64,000 nucleotides of DNA from Octopus sinensis (taxonomy: Eukaryota): the NCBI RefSeq assembly GCF_006345805.1, contig NW_021836141.1, positions 62,001 through 126,000 on the forward strand. The letters are read 5' to 3'. The translations under genes were made by a program, and so were the position numbers. The notes beneath the pieces are model-generated. The model searched no databases. It was not told the origin of the DNA and worked only from the letters and a program-made list of their open reading frames with translations. Positions 26,746 to 39,459 of this stretch are shown here, in pieces (the first letter of the stretch is position 1; the number at the start of each line of letters is the position of its first letter).

Positions 26746-27170
26746 TATTCTGCTCAATACCACAGATTTGCTTGCCAGCTGTTTGACCTTAACCACTTCA
26801 GCATGTCCTTTGGAAGCTGACAATATGTGCATCTCTGATCACGAGCAGAAGTAGTTGGGGAGGAATTCTTTAGAGTTTGAATAATTCACCACTGGAAACG
26901 TGGATGTTTCATTCACCATCCTTAAATAACCCTTATTGAAGGACCATTTGGGTGGGATGGGCTACTTGACCTGAAGAAAATTCTAACTGGGCCCCACCTG
27001 CAAGGTCATGTGCTGTTTATCTTGATATGAGATCACCATGTTAAGCACATATGATTGCGATTCATGTACCTGGTCTACCCTTATCTGATGGGTAGTCATG
27101 ATGGGTATCCTAGGCTTCATATATTTTACCCCAGTGTGTCACATTGATAGCATGCTCTGCTCTCTCACTC
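26746..27170 (+). mobile_element. (TAA)n-flanked repeat family E, shorter copy
   Basis: Closely similar to 27910-28360 and flanked by (AAT)n on both sides. Confidence 0.8.
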
Positions 27171-27230
<60 letters not shown>

Positions 27231-27264
27231 CATAACAATCATAATAACAATAATAATAATGATA

Positions 27265-27322
<58 letters not shown>

Positions 27323-27326
<4 letters not shown>

Positions 27327-27529
27327 CTTTTACTCTTTTACTTGTTTCAGTCATTTGACTGCGGCCATGCTGGAGCACCGCCTTCAGTCGAGCAAACTGA
27401 CCCCAGGACTTATTCTTTGTAAGCCTAGTACTTATTCTATCGGCCTCTTTTTCCAAACTGCTAAGTTACAGGGATGTAAACACACCAGCATCCATTGTCA
27501 AGCGATGTTGGGGCGACAAACACAGACAT

Positions 27530-27582
<53 letters not shown>

Positions 27583-27745
27583 TATGACGGGCTTCTATTT
27601 CAGTTTCCATCTACCAAATCTACTCACAAGGCTTTGGTCAGCCCAAGGCTATAGTAGAAGACACTTGCCCATGGTGCCATGCAGTGGGAACGAACCCGGA
27701 ACCAAGTGGTTGGTAAGCAAGCTACTTACCACACACTCCTGTGCC

Positions 27746-27746
<1 letters not shown>
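27323..27746 (-). mobile_element. SINE family A, full length, inside (AAT)n
   Basis: Collinear with the other family A copies. Confidence 0.9.
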
Positions 27747-27790
<44 letters not shown>

Positions 27791-27811
27791 TAATAATAAT
27801 AATAATAATAA

Positions 27812-28360
27812 TGCAGTACCAGGCAGTGGTTCTCATGGCTTCTGATCTTAACTGATTGGAAGTGTTATCATGAACATTGTTTTGTCTTGGTATAAAAGAT
27901 GGGCTACAGCAAATATTCCGCTAAATACCACAGATTTGCTTGTCAGTTGTTTGATCTTAACCAGTTGAGCATGTCCCTTAGTGGCTGATGATATGTGCAT
28001 CTCTGATCATGAGCAGAAGCAGTGAGGGAGTATCATAGCCATGTGTTGAGAGGAATTCTTTGGGGTTTGAATAATTCACATCTGGAAACATGGGTGTTTC
28101 ATTCAACATCCTTAAACAACCCTTACTCAGGGACTTTTTGAGCCGGATGGGTTACTCAACCAAAAGAAAATTCTAACTGGGCCCCACCTACAAGGTCATG
28201 TGCTGTTTATCTTGATATGAGATCATCATGTCGCGCACATATGGTTGTGATGCATGTGCCTGGTGTACCCTTATCATACGAGTAGTCATGATGGGTATAC
28301 TGGGCTTCGTATATTTTACCCCAGTGTCACTTTGATGGCATGCACTGCTCTCTCACTCAA
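27812..28360 (+). mobile_element. (TAA)n-flanked repeat family E, longer copy
   Basis: Shares its 3' end (GCTCTCTCACTCAA followed by AAT repeats) with 26746-27170. Confidence 0.8.
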
Positions 28361-30148
28361 GAATAATAATAATCATCTATATTATATTTACATGCACTGA
28401 TGCCAAACCTGGAAATTAAAAACATTCCAGTAGAAAAAATAATATTTGTTTATACATCTTCAGTAACATACTTGCAACTGGTGCAAAGATTACTTTAATT
28501 ACACTTCTTCAAATATCATCCATTACATCTCTTTCCAAGCCATATGTTTACTCAGGACTAAACATGTAGGTAGGAATAAATGTGTACAAGCTTCAGAATT
28601 AGTAAATATTCCAGTTTGTTCATACTAATCCTAGTAGTTTATCTAATCTAAAACGTCTTCAGAATTCTTATGTGATATTTCAAAATAATAATGCCAGAAA
28701 CCATATAATTTGTCAAATTTGTAAAGTGAATATAACCATTATTTTGAAAGCAAGTATTCTTACACAAAATACACTAGATCAATACAATACAAAGATAACA
28801 TTTGTTGGTATTTTGAATCAATACATACACATATGAGAAACCCTATGAGAAAAGCTATGAATCTGAACTACAAAAACAAAATAAATCATCAATGAATTAT
28901 TTATTTGAAAATCTCAAAGGTTTAACAGTTGAGCAGAATTCTTACGAAAAAAGCAATCAATTTTCATAATGGAGGAACTATATTAATTATATGTATAAAA
29001 ATCATTTAATCAATTCGAATTGATAATTATTTTAATTATTGGTAGGGAGTCCTCTTTAAAGATTAAGAACTGTATAGATTTATTTCCTTCATACTGTAAA
29101 ACCGATGTTGTTATAATAAAAAATAATTAGAAACCAATTAATGTGTTTTTTTAAATAATAATTTGTTAGTCTAGCTTCTTTAACTAATCAAACCAACATT
29201 TTGTATGCAAAAAATCAAATTAATAATAAGATTAATAAATATCCAATTTTCAGAGTTTGGGTTTTCTTATGCGTGTATCAGTTAGTGATCTAGAGTAAAT
29301 TTTCTGTCTCAAAGAAAATAATTGGTTTTGAATGATATATTGAAAAGATAAAAGTGTGCTAATCTAATTCCAATTAAAATCATAATTCTGAATTTTCCAG
29401 TAAGATATATGTTGATAAGTGCTAAATAATTGGAAACCAGCAATATGAATAGAAAAAAATCTCTCTACAAAAATCACATTTGCCTTCTTTATTATAGCAG
29501 AGACGAAATCCTTTCTAGAAAATTAATACTTGTTTCTTTAGTTTCTCACTTAAAATCAGCAACCAATTTAAAACTTTTTTTTTAGATATTTTACTATTAG
29601 AATATTTCATAAATAAAATTGTCAAATAAATATTATAACCAGATGGAAGGAAAGGAACAGAATATTAATTTATGTAGTAAATGGGTGAGAAAATGCCAGA
29701 GAATATATCATTAATCCAAAAGATGAAAGGAGTTACTGTTAAAGAGAATAGAGAATTACAGATTATGTAAGGCAGAGAAAAACATTAATGACGACATGAA
29801 AAATTCCCAATAAAAATGCTATTACTGTTGTTGATGACCTGTTATTTACAAGCTACACTATTCTTAAATATATGAATAACAGTGTATATGTAAAAAGAAA
29901 CAACAAATAAAAAGCCATAGTAGAAGAAAGAAAGTAGAAAGACAAGGTAAGACTACTAGAAATATTATCTCTGTGCAAGCATGTATCAATATTTTGAAAT
30001 AAGAATATGTAGAACAAGATACATTAGTGGTTTTACACAGAAAGTATTGATCAGAACAAATACATATGTATGTATATACGTATAGATGTATGTATGTGGG
30101 TGTGTTTGTGCATATATGTATGTATCTATATGTATGTGTGTGCGTGTG

Positions 30149-30185
<37 letters not shown>

Positions 30186-30273
30186 ATGTGACCATTCAAA
30201 ATGTGACCTCGTGTGTACCGTTTGCGATTTTTTTCCCTCTGTCTTCCCTTCTCTGGATCTTTCCTTCTCCTAT

Positions 30274-30308
30274 GTTTCCGACGAGGAGCTCCGCTCGAAA
30301 CGTTAAAC
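30274..30308 (+). ncRNA. Minimal type-I hammerhead ribozyme candidate, copy 1
   Basis: GUUU-CCGACGA-G-GAGC-UCC-GCUC-GAAAC-GUU-AAAC: stem I GUUU/AAAC, stem II GAGC/GCUC, palindromic AACGUU. The core has a U4C variant. Confidence 0.65.
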
Positions 30309-30425
30309 CCTCCTTCTTTCCTTCTTTCCTGAGCGTCCAATAATACTATATTTGTTCCACGTCCTCGCATTGTTGTGTTTTTTTGTGCTTTCTTGTTTGG
30401 ATTAACTTTATATATATATATATAT

Positions 30426-30456
<31 letters not shown>

Positions 30457-30544
30457 ATGTGACCATTCAAAATGTGACCTCGTGTGTACCGTTTGCGATT
30501 TTTTTCCCTCTGTCTTCCCTTCTCTGGATCTTTCCTTCTCCTAT

Positions 30545-30579
30545 GTTTCCGACGAGGAGCTCCGCTCGAAACGTTAAAC
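30545..30579 (+). ncRNA. Minimal type-I hammerhead ribozyme candidate, copy 2
   Basis: Identical to 30274-30308. Confidence 0.65.
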
Positions 30580-30696
30580 CCTCCTTCTTTCCTTCTTTCC
30601 TGAGCGTCCAATAATACTATATTTGTTCCACGTCCTCGCATTGTTGTGTTTTTTTGTGCTTTCTTGTTTGGATTAACTTTATATATATATATATAT

Positions 30697-30731
<35 letters not shown>

Positions 30732-30736
30732 ATTCG

Positions 30737-31182
30737 ATGACAGGTGTCCGTGCTAGTGTAGCGATGAGAGTACCATCCGAGTGTGATCGGTGGCATGTAA
30801 AAAGCACCATCCGAGCATAATCGTTACCAGCGTCGCCTTACTGGTACTTGTGCCGGTGACATGTGAAAAACTATTCAGGCAAGGTCATTGCCAGTGCCGC
30901 TGGACTGGCTCCTGTGCAGGTGGCACATAAAAAACACGATTTGAGCAAGGCTGTTGCTAGTACCGCCTGACTGGCCCTCATGCTGGTGGCACGTAAAAGC
31001 ATCCACTACACTCTCAGAGTGGTTGGTGTTAGGAAGGGGATCCAACTGTAGAAACTCTGCCAGATCAGATTGGAGACTGGTGCAACCATCTGGTTCACCA
31101 GTCCTCAGTCAAATCGTCGAGCCCATGCTAGCATGGAAAGCAGACATTAAACGATGATAAAGATGATGATGATGATGATGAT
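30737..31182 (+). mobile_element. RTE LINE 3'UTR fragment
   Basis: GGTGGCACGTAAAAGCA repeats, the terminal motif and the (GAT)n tail. Confidence 0.85.
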
Positions 31183-31185
31183 ATA

Positions 31186-31795
31186 TCTATATATATAAAA
31201 CTCAGCTTGTGTGTCTGTGTGTTTAACTTCCCGGCACATCTCCTCCTAGCCAACAAATCGTAGAACCACCAAAAATGGGTCACTTAAAGTTTAGGCGAAT
31301 GAAAATTGAACTGCACTATTTCTGTTCCGAAATTCATCTCGCAAGTGCAAAAATCAATAATGTGTTTGTTTAGGCCTTATCCCATGCATTAAATAGGGAA
31401 TTTTACTCAGTCAGCTGTTTGACGTGAACTGTGTTCACCACGCGTGCAAGCATGCGTAAATTGCATGAAATATAAAAAATCAAGATATAAAAACGAATCG
31501 CCGTAAACATTGTAGAAATTCAGCAAAGAAATGAATTTTCGGGATGTAGCCTGGAGGGTTTTTTCGTATTGGACTTTGTGCAATAACATTTTTAACGCTT
31601 TGAATTAAATGTGACCATTTTGCGTTGAGTCTGCAGTTTGAATCACATTAACCAAATTTTAGCAGGCCGGATTTTTGATCAACACGATACATCGCCAGCG
31701 ACTCCCTGAAACTCTCCCTTGAAATACCTGTTGAGAAATCTATATATATAAAACTCAACTTGTGTGTCTGTGTGTGTGTCTGTGTGTTTAACTTT
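31186..31795 (+). mobile_element. Helitron-type fragments (5' ends at ~31186 and ~31739)
   Basis: The start TCTATATATATAAAACTCArCTTGTGTGTCTGTGTG occurs twice. Confidence 0.55.
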
Positions 31796-31844
31796 TGGAT
31801 CTACGAAGTTTCATTATTAAGGATGGAAAGTAGTGTGTAGCAAA

Positions 31845-32216
31845 TCTATATATATAAAGCTGAAGTTGTCTGTGTATGGCAGGTTTGGTAGCCTTCAACT
31901 AACACTATCTCCTTCGAGACCCTGCATCGCAAGTTGACTAAAATTGAGAGTATGATAGAAGAAGGCTTGCTCTTCATTCTGTAGAAGATAAAATTCAAAT
32001 CGGACCATGTTAAGACCAAAAATTATTTACATCAAAAAGGTGCTTTTTTTCTATGAAAATCCCTATTTTTTACGATTTTTGACTGCTGCGTCACCATTTT
32101 CCGGTATATTTCACTTGAAGAGAATAACAAGTTGCATAATGCAAAATTTTTACTTTTCAAAAATTCCAATTCTAAAGGGTCGAAACAAACTCAAGCAACA
32201 CCGGGTGATACTGCTA

Positions 32217-32217
<1 letters not shown>
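31845..32217 (+). mobile_element. Complete non-autonomous Helitron-type element
   Basis: A|TC 5' end, subterminal CTCAAGCAACACCGGG, CTAG|T 3' end and no TSD. Confidence 0.8.
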
Positions 32218-32271
<54 letters not shown>

Positions 32272-32354
32272 TATATTGTCAGTGTATCATATATCCGAAA
32301 AAAGGACGCTCTAAAGAATAGAGCAGTAATGTATCAAACATATATCTGGTCATA

Positions 32355-32414
32355 GAGTGACCAATGGTTTAGCATCCATAAAGCGATAGGCCTTATAGAT
32401 GACTCGTCAGACTC
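32355..32414 (-). ncRNA. Type-I hammerhead ribozyme candidate (G12U-degenerate)
   Basis: GAGU-CUGACGA-G(U)CAUCUAUAAGGC-cuauc-GCUUUAUGGAUGC-UAAA-CCAUUGG-UC-ACUC: all three stems pair and the GUC site is present. Confidence 0.7.
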
Positions 32415-32491
32415 AATGGCAGATATATATCCCTCTTCTATGATATGCATCTGCCATTGAGTCTGACAAGCCGTTTATAAGGTCAAGTGCT

Positions 32492-32790
32492 TCATCATCA
32501 TCATCATCATCATCGTTTAACATCCGCTTTCCATGCTAGCATGGGTTGGACTATTTGACTGAGGTCTGGCGAACCAGATGGCTGCACCAGACTCCAATCT
32601 GATCTGGCAGAGTTTCTACAGCTGGATGCCCTTCCTAACGCCAACCACTCTGAGAGTGTAGTGGGTGCTTTTACGTGCCACTGGCACGAGGGCCAGTCAG
32701 GCAGTACTGGCAACGGCCATGCTCAGATGGTGCTTTTTATGTGGCACCTGCACAGGAACCAGTCCAGCGGCACTGGCAATGACTTCGCTT
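32492..32790 (-). mobile_element. RTE LINE 3'UTR fragment
   Basis: (CAT)n followed by the RTE terminal motif. Confidence 0.9.
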
Positions 32791-33795
32791 CATGGATGCA
32801 AAACCATAGGTCACTCTATGACTGGACATATATTTAACTGCTTGTAAATACATATATATATATATATGTATATATATACATATGTATGTATATGTGTGTG
32901 TGTTTGTGTGTGTGTGTGTACAGGTGGCAATAGAACAAATATAACAAAGAATCAACATGAAAACTTAGTGAATTAACTCTTAAAAGCCTATACTACACAT
33001 AACAATATCTTGCATTAAGTTTCTATGATCTACTGGAAACAGTAACCAAATTTTCCTTAAATTTTATCCTACTCTCATGACAAAAGGAATGAGCACACTG
33101 AATGATGTAATTCTTGGTGCATTGTACCAAGCAAAAAGAAACTGGATGATCACAGCCAGAATGTCTTTGATTATAAGTCTGCTCAATCAGAGCTGATCTA
33201 GAACTAAATGCAACATTTAAAACAAACAGAATATTTAAAAACCATAAAAAATTTCTTTCAGCAAATGTGCTTTATGGAATAACTTCAACAAGATCAAATG
33301 CCAGATGTTGATGTCAAAATTACATAAGCCAAGATTTGGAGAAAATATTTGTAAGAAATGAGAAATATAGACCGTATAAAACTTATAAGGATAACTGTGG
33401 GAAGCACAGCAAAGCAAGACAAGGGAAGATTAAAGAAGTTGTGAAATCAGAAAGCTTTAGATGGTGTCAAAGCTTCTAACTTAATATAGTTATATTTCTT
33501 TAATATTGCCAAGTTCAAATATGTATTTAAACTTAATGAAAAAGAGAAATTTGAACAACTTTAGACATATTGAGCTAATGAGGAAGCCAATAGAACTACA
33601 AGAAATTTCTGCTGAATGTCTTTCAAATTATACATTCTGTTGCTGTGCTTAAAAAATGGAACCTCACTTACACTAAATTTGAAAATATATATGAGATGGT
33701 CATGAAAAGAATGTCTTTGATCACAGCTATGCCTTTGATCATGTGAAACCCATAGTATGTATGTATGTATGTATGTATGTATGTATGTATGTATG

Positions 33796-34322
33796 TCATT
33801 ATTCAGTTTATTTCAATATTTCTTGCCAATAGAGAAAGAACCAGTTTTTGACCTAGATTCAAGGCTCCTTCATTGGAATTTCTACATCAACAACTGGGTA
33901 TTTTTGTTTGTATGTAAGTATGTATGTATGTATGTATGTTTGTGCAGATTTGTTTGTTTTATGTATGTATTCTCATGCATATAGTTGCATATCTGGACAT
34001 GATTATATATATTTCTGGAAAGTTTGACAGATTTTGCAGTTCCGGATCTGTAGTCTTCAAATTACTCTTCTCCTTTCTGGTTTTGAGAAGCCTAATTTCT
34101 CAAGATTGGTGTTTAGGCAGCGTGTTACATATCCCAGTACACCAAAAATTACAAGTATAAACCTGAAATTGTAATCTGGATAGAGTAACTGCAGATTTCT
34201 CGTAGTTCAGTATAATTGTTCTTTTTTTTCACAGATCTTCAGCTTTATGTTAACATCCGTTGAGCAGCTAATTTCCACAACTGTGCACAGTTTCTCTTCT
34301 CTATCCCAAATCATTATATCAA
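33796..34322 (-). mobile_element. RLE-clade non-LTR retrotransposon 3' end embedded in (GTAT)n
   Basis: DIMIWDREEKLCTVVEISCSTDVNIKLKICEKKNNY...LQLLYPDYNFRFILVIFGVLGYVTRCLNTNLEKLGF is a PD-(D/E)xK RLE C-terminus. (GTAT)n lies on both flanks. Confidence 0.8.
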
Positions 34323-34479
34323 GTATGTATGTGTGTATGTATGTTGGTAGGTAGGTAACCCATGCCAGCATGGAAAGCAGACGTTAAACGATGTTGATGA
34401 TAGTATATGTGTGGTATGTGGCTCTCTCTTTCACTCTCTCTCTCTCTCGATATATATACACACACCCAGACACATATAT

Positions 34480-34708
34480 ATATTTCTCCGTTGCCCACAT
34501 GGGGCTAAACAGGGGACAAACAAGGATAGACAAAGGGATTAAGTTGATTACATCGACTCCAGTGCACAACTGGTACTTATTTAATTGACCTCGAAAGGAT
34601 GAAAGGCAAAGCCGACCTCAATGGAATTTGAACTCAGAACTTAATAGCAGACGAAATACTGCTAAGCATTTCACCCAGCATGCTAATGATTCTACCAACT
34701 CACTGCCC
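34480..34708 (-). mobile_element. SINE family B
   Basis: Reverse complement of family B. Confidence 0.85.
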
Positions 34709-35279
34709 TACATATATATATATATATATACAAAATCATTATGTTTATCATCACTTTTACCTTTACTTTTCCAGACTTGCATGGGTTATATGAAATTAAT
34801 GGAAGCAGTTTTGCGATGGCTAGATGCTTTTCCTGACACCAGCCCTCATCTATTTCCAAAAAAGGTAATATTTTTTTTTCTCAAAATTGGACGAGCTTTC
34901 ATGGAAGATTGCCAACATACAGGACTCCACTTGTAATAGCATATATTCTTTTATAGCTAACACACAAAGTGAAGACATGAAGACAGAAGGACAGAAACAT
35001 TCAGGCCAATATGACAATGCAATCTTTGTCTGCCTGAGTCACTCATAAGGCTTTGAGCTATGCCAATGCCTATGATGTATATCATCATCATCATCACCAT
35101 CGTTTAACATCTGTTCTCCATGCTGGCATGGGTTGAATGGTTTGACAGGAGCTGGCCAGCCGGTAAGTTATCCAACCAGGGAGTTTCCAGACTCCAATTG
35201 TCTGTTGTCACATGGTTTCTTCGGCTAGATGTCTTTTGTAACACCAACCACTTTACATAGTGTGCTCTATATATATATA

Positions 35280-36500
35280 TCTAATATAATAAATGCAAAA
35301 CCTGATTTCTGTGTGTCAGTGTGTCACACTCAGACCCCTCCCTCTTCTCTCACTATTAAATGACACTCCTACTATTCCTCATGATGGGGTAAGAGTAATA
35401 GTAGGCATAGAGACGGCGAGGGCAGTGGTGAAGATAGACAGAGAGAGGAAGAAAAAGAGATGGAGAAAAAGAAAAACAAAAAATTTAGGGGAGTTGATGA
35501 TGTTTTATTAAAAGTGGTAGTGCTGATGGTGGCAGTGGAAGTAATAATAAAAGGGAAAGAAACAGTGGGTATGTAAGAGAAAGAGGGAGATGATGTACAA
35601 CTTTTGTTTAATCATGTCTCTTTCACAGAAATTCCTGTGGCCAGCATACTGAACATTATTATTTTTGTTTTATTTTTTGATTTCTTTAATGCATATATAT
35701 ATATACACACACACACATATATAAAATACACTTTAATTGAAATAAAGTTTCCCCAGTGAATGTCAGTGTGTTACACTTTTTCAAATTTAGTAAATCCTTT
35801 CTACTGGAAGAACAAGGCCTCAAATTTTTGGGGAAGGGATTAAGTCAATTACATCGACCCCAGTACATAACTGGTACCAATTTTATTGACCCCGAAAGGA
35901 TGAAAGGCAAAATCGACCTTGGCAGAATTTGAACTCAAAACCTAATGGCAGATGAAATACTGCTTAGCATTTTGCCTGGCATGCAAACAATTCTGTCAGC
36001 CTGGTATCTTAATATAATTTAATATAATATAATATGATAATATTATAAATGTGAATGTCAGTGTGTTAGTGTGTCACACTTTTTCAACTTTACTTCTAAA
36101 GGCCATAGCCCAACATATCATATTATTTTGGAATCAGGCTGACTCCGTGAGTAAATTAGAATTATTCCTGACCAAATCCGGACCCAGAATCCTAAAATTT
36201 TGGATTCCCAAATTTTCCTTACTATGATCGTTTACGGCGATTTTTTAATGTGACTTTTTGTGACAATTTTTTTGTAGAATGACGATTTTTATAAACTAAA
36301 GGCTTTCCAGGTCAAATCCAGACCCGCAATCCTGAAATTTTGGATTCCTATGTTTTCATTACAGCAATAGTTTTTGGCAATTTTTTTTTTTACATGAGAT
36401 TTTTCACCAAATATGACTGTCGTTGGGATATGACTCTGAAGGAAGCAATTGCAACAAATTCTCCAAAACAAGTCAGAGATCTGTTTGCAGATCTTCCCAT
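35280..36500 (+). mobile_element. Helitron remnant with a RepHel coding scrap, interrupted by SINE B at ~35795-36005
   Basis: TCTAATATAATAAATGC 5' end. 36405-36497 reads KYDCRWDMTLKEAIATNSPKQVRDLFADL, which fits the RepHel 'DDxxWxxTLxEA...PxQxRxLFA' motif. Confidence 0.65.
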
Positions 36501-37409
36501 TCAGGGTCAGTTGCTTAAAAGCTACATATAAGCTTTTCATGCTAGCATGGGTGAGATGTATATATTAGATTTATGGAAAATAAATAAATAAGTGAGTAAA
36601 CAAATAAATAAATAAATAAATAATAGAAAGAAGGGCAAATGAGTTCAGGAAAAACCAGATGACATTCTGAGTTGTGACACAATGATACTACAAAGATAAA
36701 AGATGGGCAGGATAGCAATAAAATGGATTGTAATTCTCTTATGCTAAATCCTAGAGAACCTGAAAATATTTGGATTCTATGATGGAATGCAATATTATAT
36801 TACATCAAGCATTAAGTGCTAGCAATTTGATTTGGCATGCAGTAAAGAATCTATTTGGGTAGAACTTAGATAGAAGGAAGTACTTTATGGAAATAGAATT
36901 ATCCAAATTGTGTTTATTGTTACTTTGATTGTCCATTTTTGTTTCATGTTTTTTTTATATATGACTTAAAGCAGAAAATAAGTTTCCATCTAGCCAAATG
37001 CATTGAATGAATCAATCCTACGATATTTGTGAATGACCTCGAATTTTAGACTGCGAGAAACACAATTTAAGTCAAAATAGAAAGATTAATGGAGAATCTT
37101 GCCTCTCACAATATAGAAACATTTCTCATGACACCAACAAACAAAATGGGAAAAGGCATTGCTCCGTAGGATAGCAAGGGAGATGCATTGGAACAGCCAC
37201 TCTGACTTACAGGGCTTGCACTTGCAGACAGCAATCTCCACTCTGATAATGGTGTACAGGGATATCACTTGGAGGTCATGAATGCTGGAGGTCTCAACTG
37301 CTACAGGCTTGACCATAGACCTGTTGGAGGCCGACTGATACCTTGACAGCTTGCTGTTAGAATTTCCAGTAAATACACTGGGTGAAAATCTGTTATTGAC
37401 AGGCAAGTA

Positions 37410-38033
<624 letters not shown>

Positions 38034-38164
38034 TATATTAAACAAATTAGCTAAGAATTGATAATAACACCATGATAAAGTGGTAATTGCTATTTAAGAG
38101 ATAAATTTACATTTCTGTTCCCATTTATTTCACTTTTATTATTCTATTATATCTTTTTTTTTTG

Positions 38165-38557
38165 TTTTTTACTTGTTTCAGCCACTAGACTGTGACCATG
38201 CTGGGGCACCGCCTTGATGAATTTTAGTTACTTTTTTTTTTTTTGGAAAGGATGGTCCTTATTCAGTCATTCTCTTTTGCTGAACTGCTAAGTTATGGGG
38301 ATATAAACACACCAACACCAGTTGTCAAGCCATGGGTAGGAGACAAACGCACACACACACATTTGTATGTATATATGTATATATATATACGGATATACGA
38401 CAGATTTATTTCAGTTTCTGTCTACCAAATCCACTCACAATGCTTTGGTTGGCCTGAGTTTAGAGTAGAAACTTACCCAAAGTTCCATGCAGTTGGACTG
38501 AACCCAGAACCATGTGGTTGGGAAGCAAACTTCTTATCACACAGCTATCCCTGTGCC
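38165..38557 (-). mobile_element. SINE family A (diverged)
   Basis: Collinear with family A. Confidence 0.8.
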
Positions 38558-38676
38558 TTAACCTCAAAATGCTTTGTTGTACATCTATGACTTGGTCAAT
38601 GACACACTATTGTGTCATTTTGAATATTTTAGCACTTGAGTATTATAAAATAATTAGAATATAAAAATTAACTATG

Positions 38677-39350
38677 TCCACTGCGTGGCACCTTGGGCAA
38701 GTGTCTTCTACTATAGCCTCAGGTCAATCAAAGCCTTGTGAGTGGATTTGGTAGACAGAAATATATATATAAGTAATATATAAATATATGCATATATACA
38801 TACATATATGTACATACCTACATATATATGTATATATACATGCATTTATGGGTACAGGACATAAAAAAAACGTTGAACACAATGGGAAACGAAAACATAA
38901 CAACAAAAACATAGAAACAAACTTTTTATGAACAATGTAAAAACAGAGTACAAGACATATAACACAAGGAATATTCCCCTTCTTCAGTTGTCCCTGTTTC
39001 GTCTACTCCATGTACATATATATATATATATATAGTCTGGTGCAGCCATCTGGTTTGCCAGACCTCAGTCAAATCGTCCAACCCATGCTAGTATGGAAAG
39101 TGGACGTTAAACGATGATGATGATGATGATGATGATGATATATATGTATGTATGTGTGTTTGTTCCAACCCCCCATTGTTTGACAACCGATGCTCATGTG
39201 TTTATGTCCCTATAACTTAGCAGTTCAGCAAAAGAAACCAATAGAATAAGTAAAAGGCTTACAAAAAATAAGTCCTTGGGTCGATTTGTTCGACTAAAGG
39301 TGGTGCTCCAGCATGGCTGCAGTCAAATGACTAAAACAAGTAAAAGAATA
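38677..39350 (+). mobile_element. SINE family A split by two insertions in its internal microsatellite
   Basis: Head piece 38677-38760, inserts at 38770-39012 and 39035-39138, tail 39145-39350. Confidence 0.75.
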
Positions 39351-39459
39351 TAGCAACAGATGAGTATTTTAAATTTCTATCATGGCTCCATTCTTTAGCA
39401 ATTGCTTCTGTTTTAGGCACGATATTTCAACTCCAGCTGTCTGAGGAGTTCACTTTTCC

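Larger units (their letters stand above)
30185..30682 (+). repeat. Tandem dimer with 271-bp period, each unit carrying a hammerhead-like motif
   Basis: Two near-identical ~225-bp units are separated by (TA)n(TG)n. Confidence 0.95.

Noticed and set aside
29864-30725. Duplicated basic ORFs (MRGRGTNIVLLDAQERRKEGG...)
   Set aside because: They are the antisense reading of the pyrimidine-rich tandem unit and run into microsatellite.
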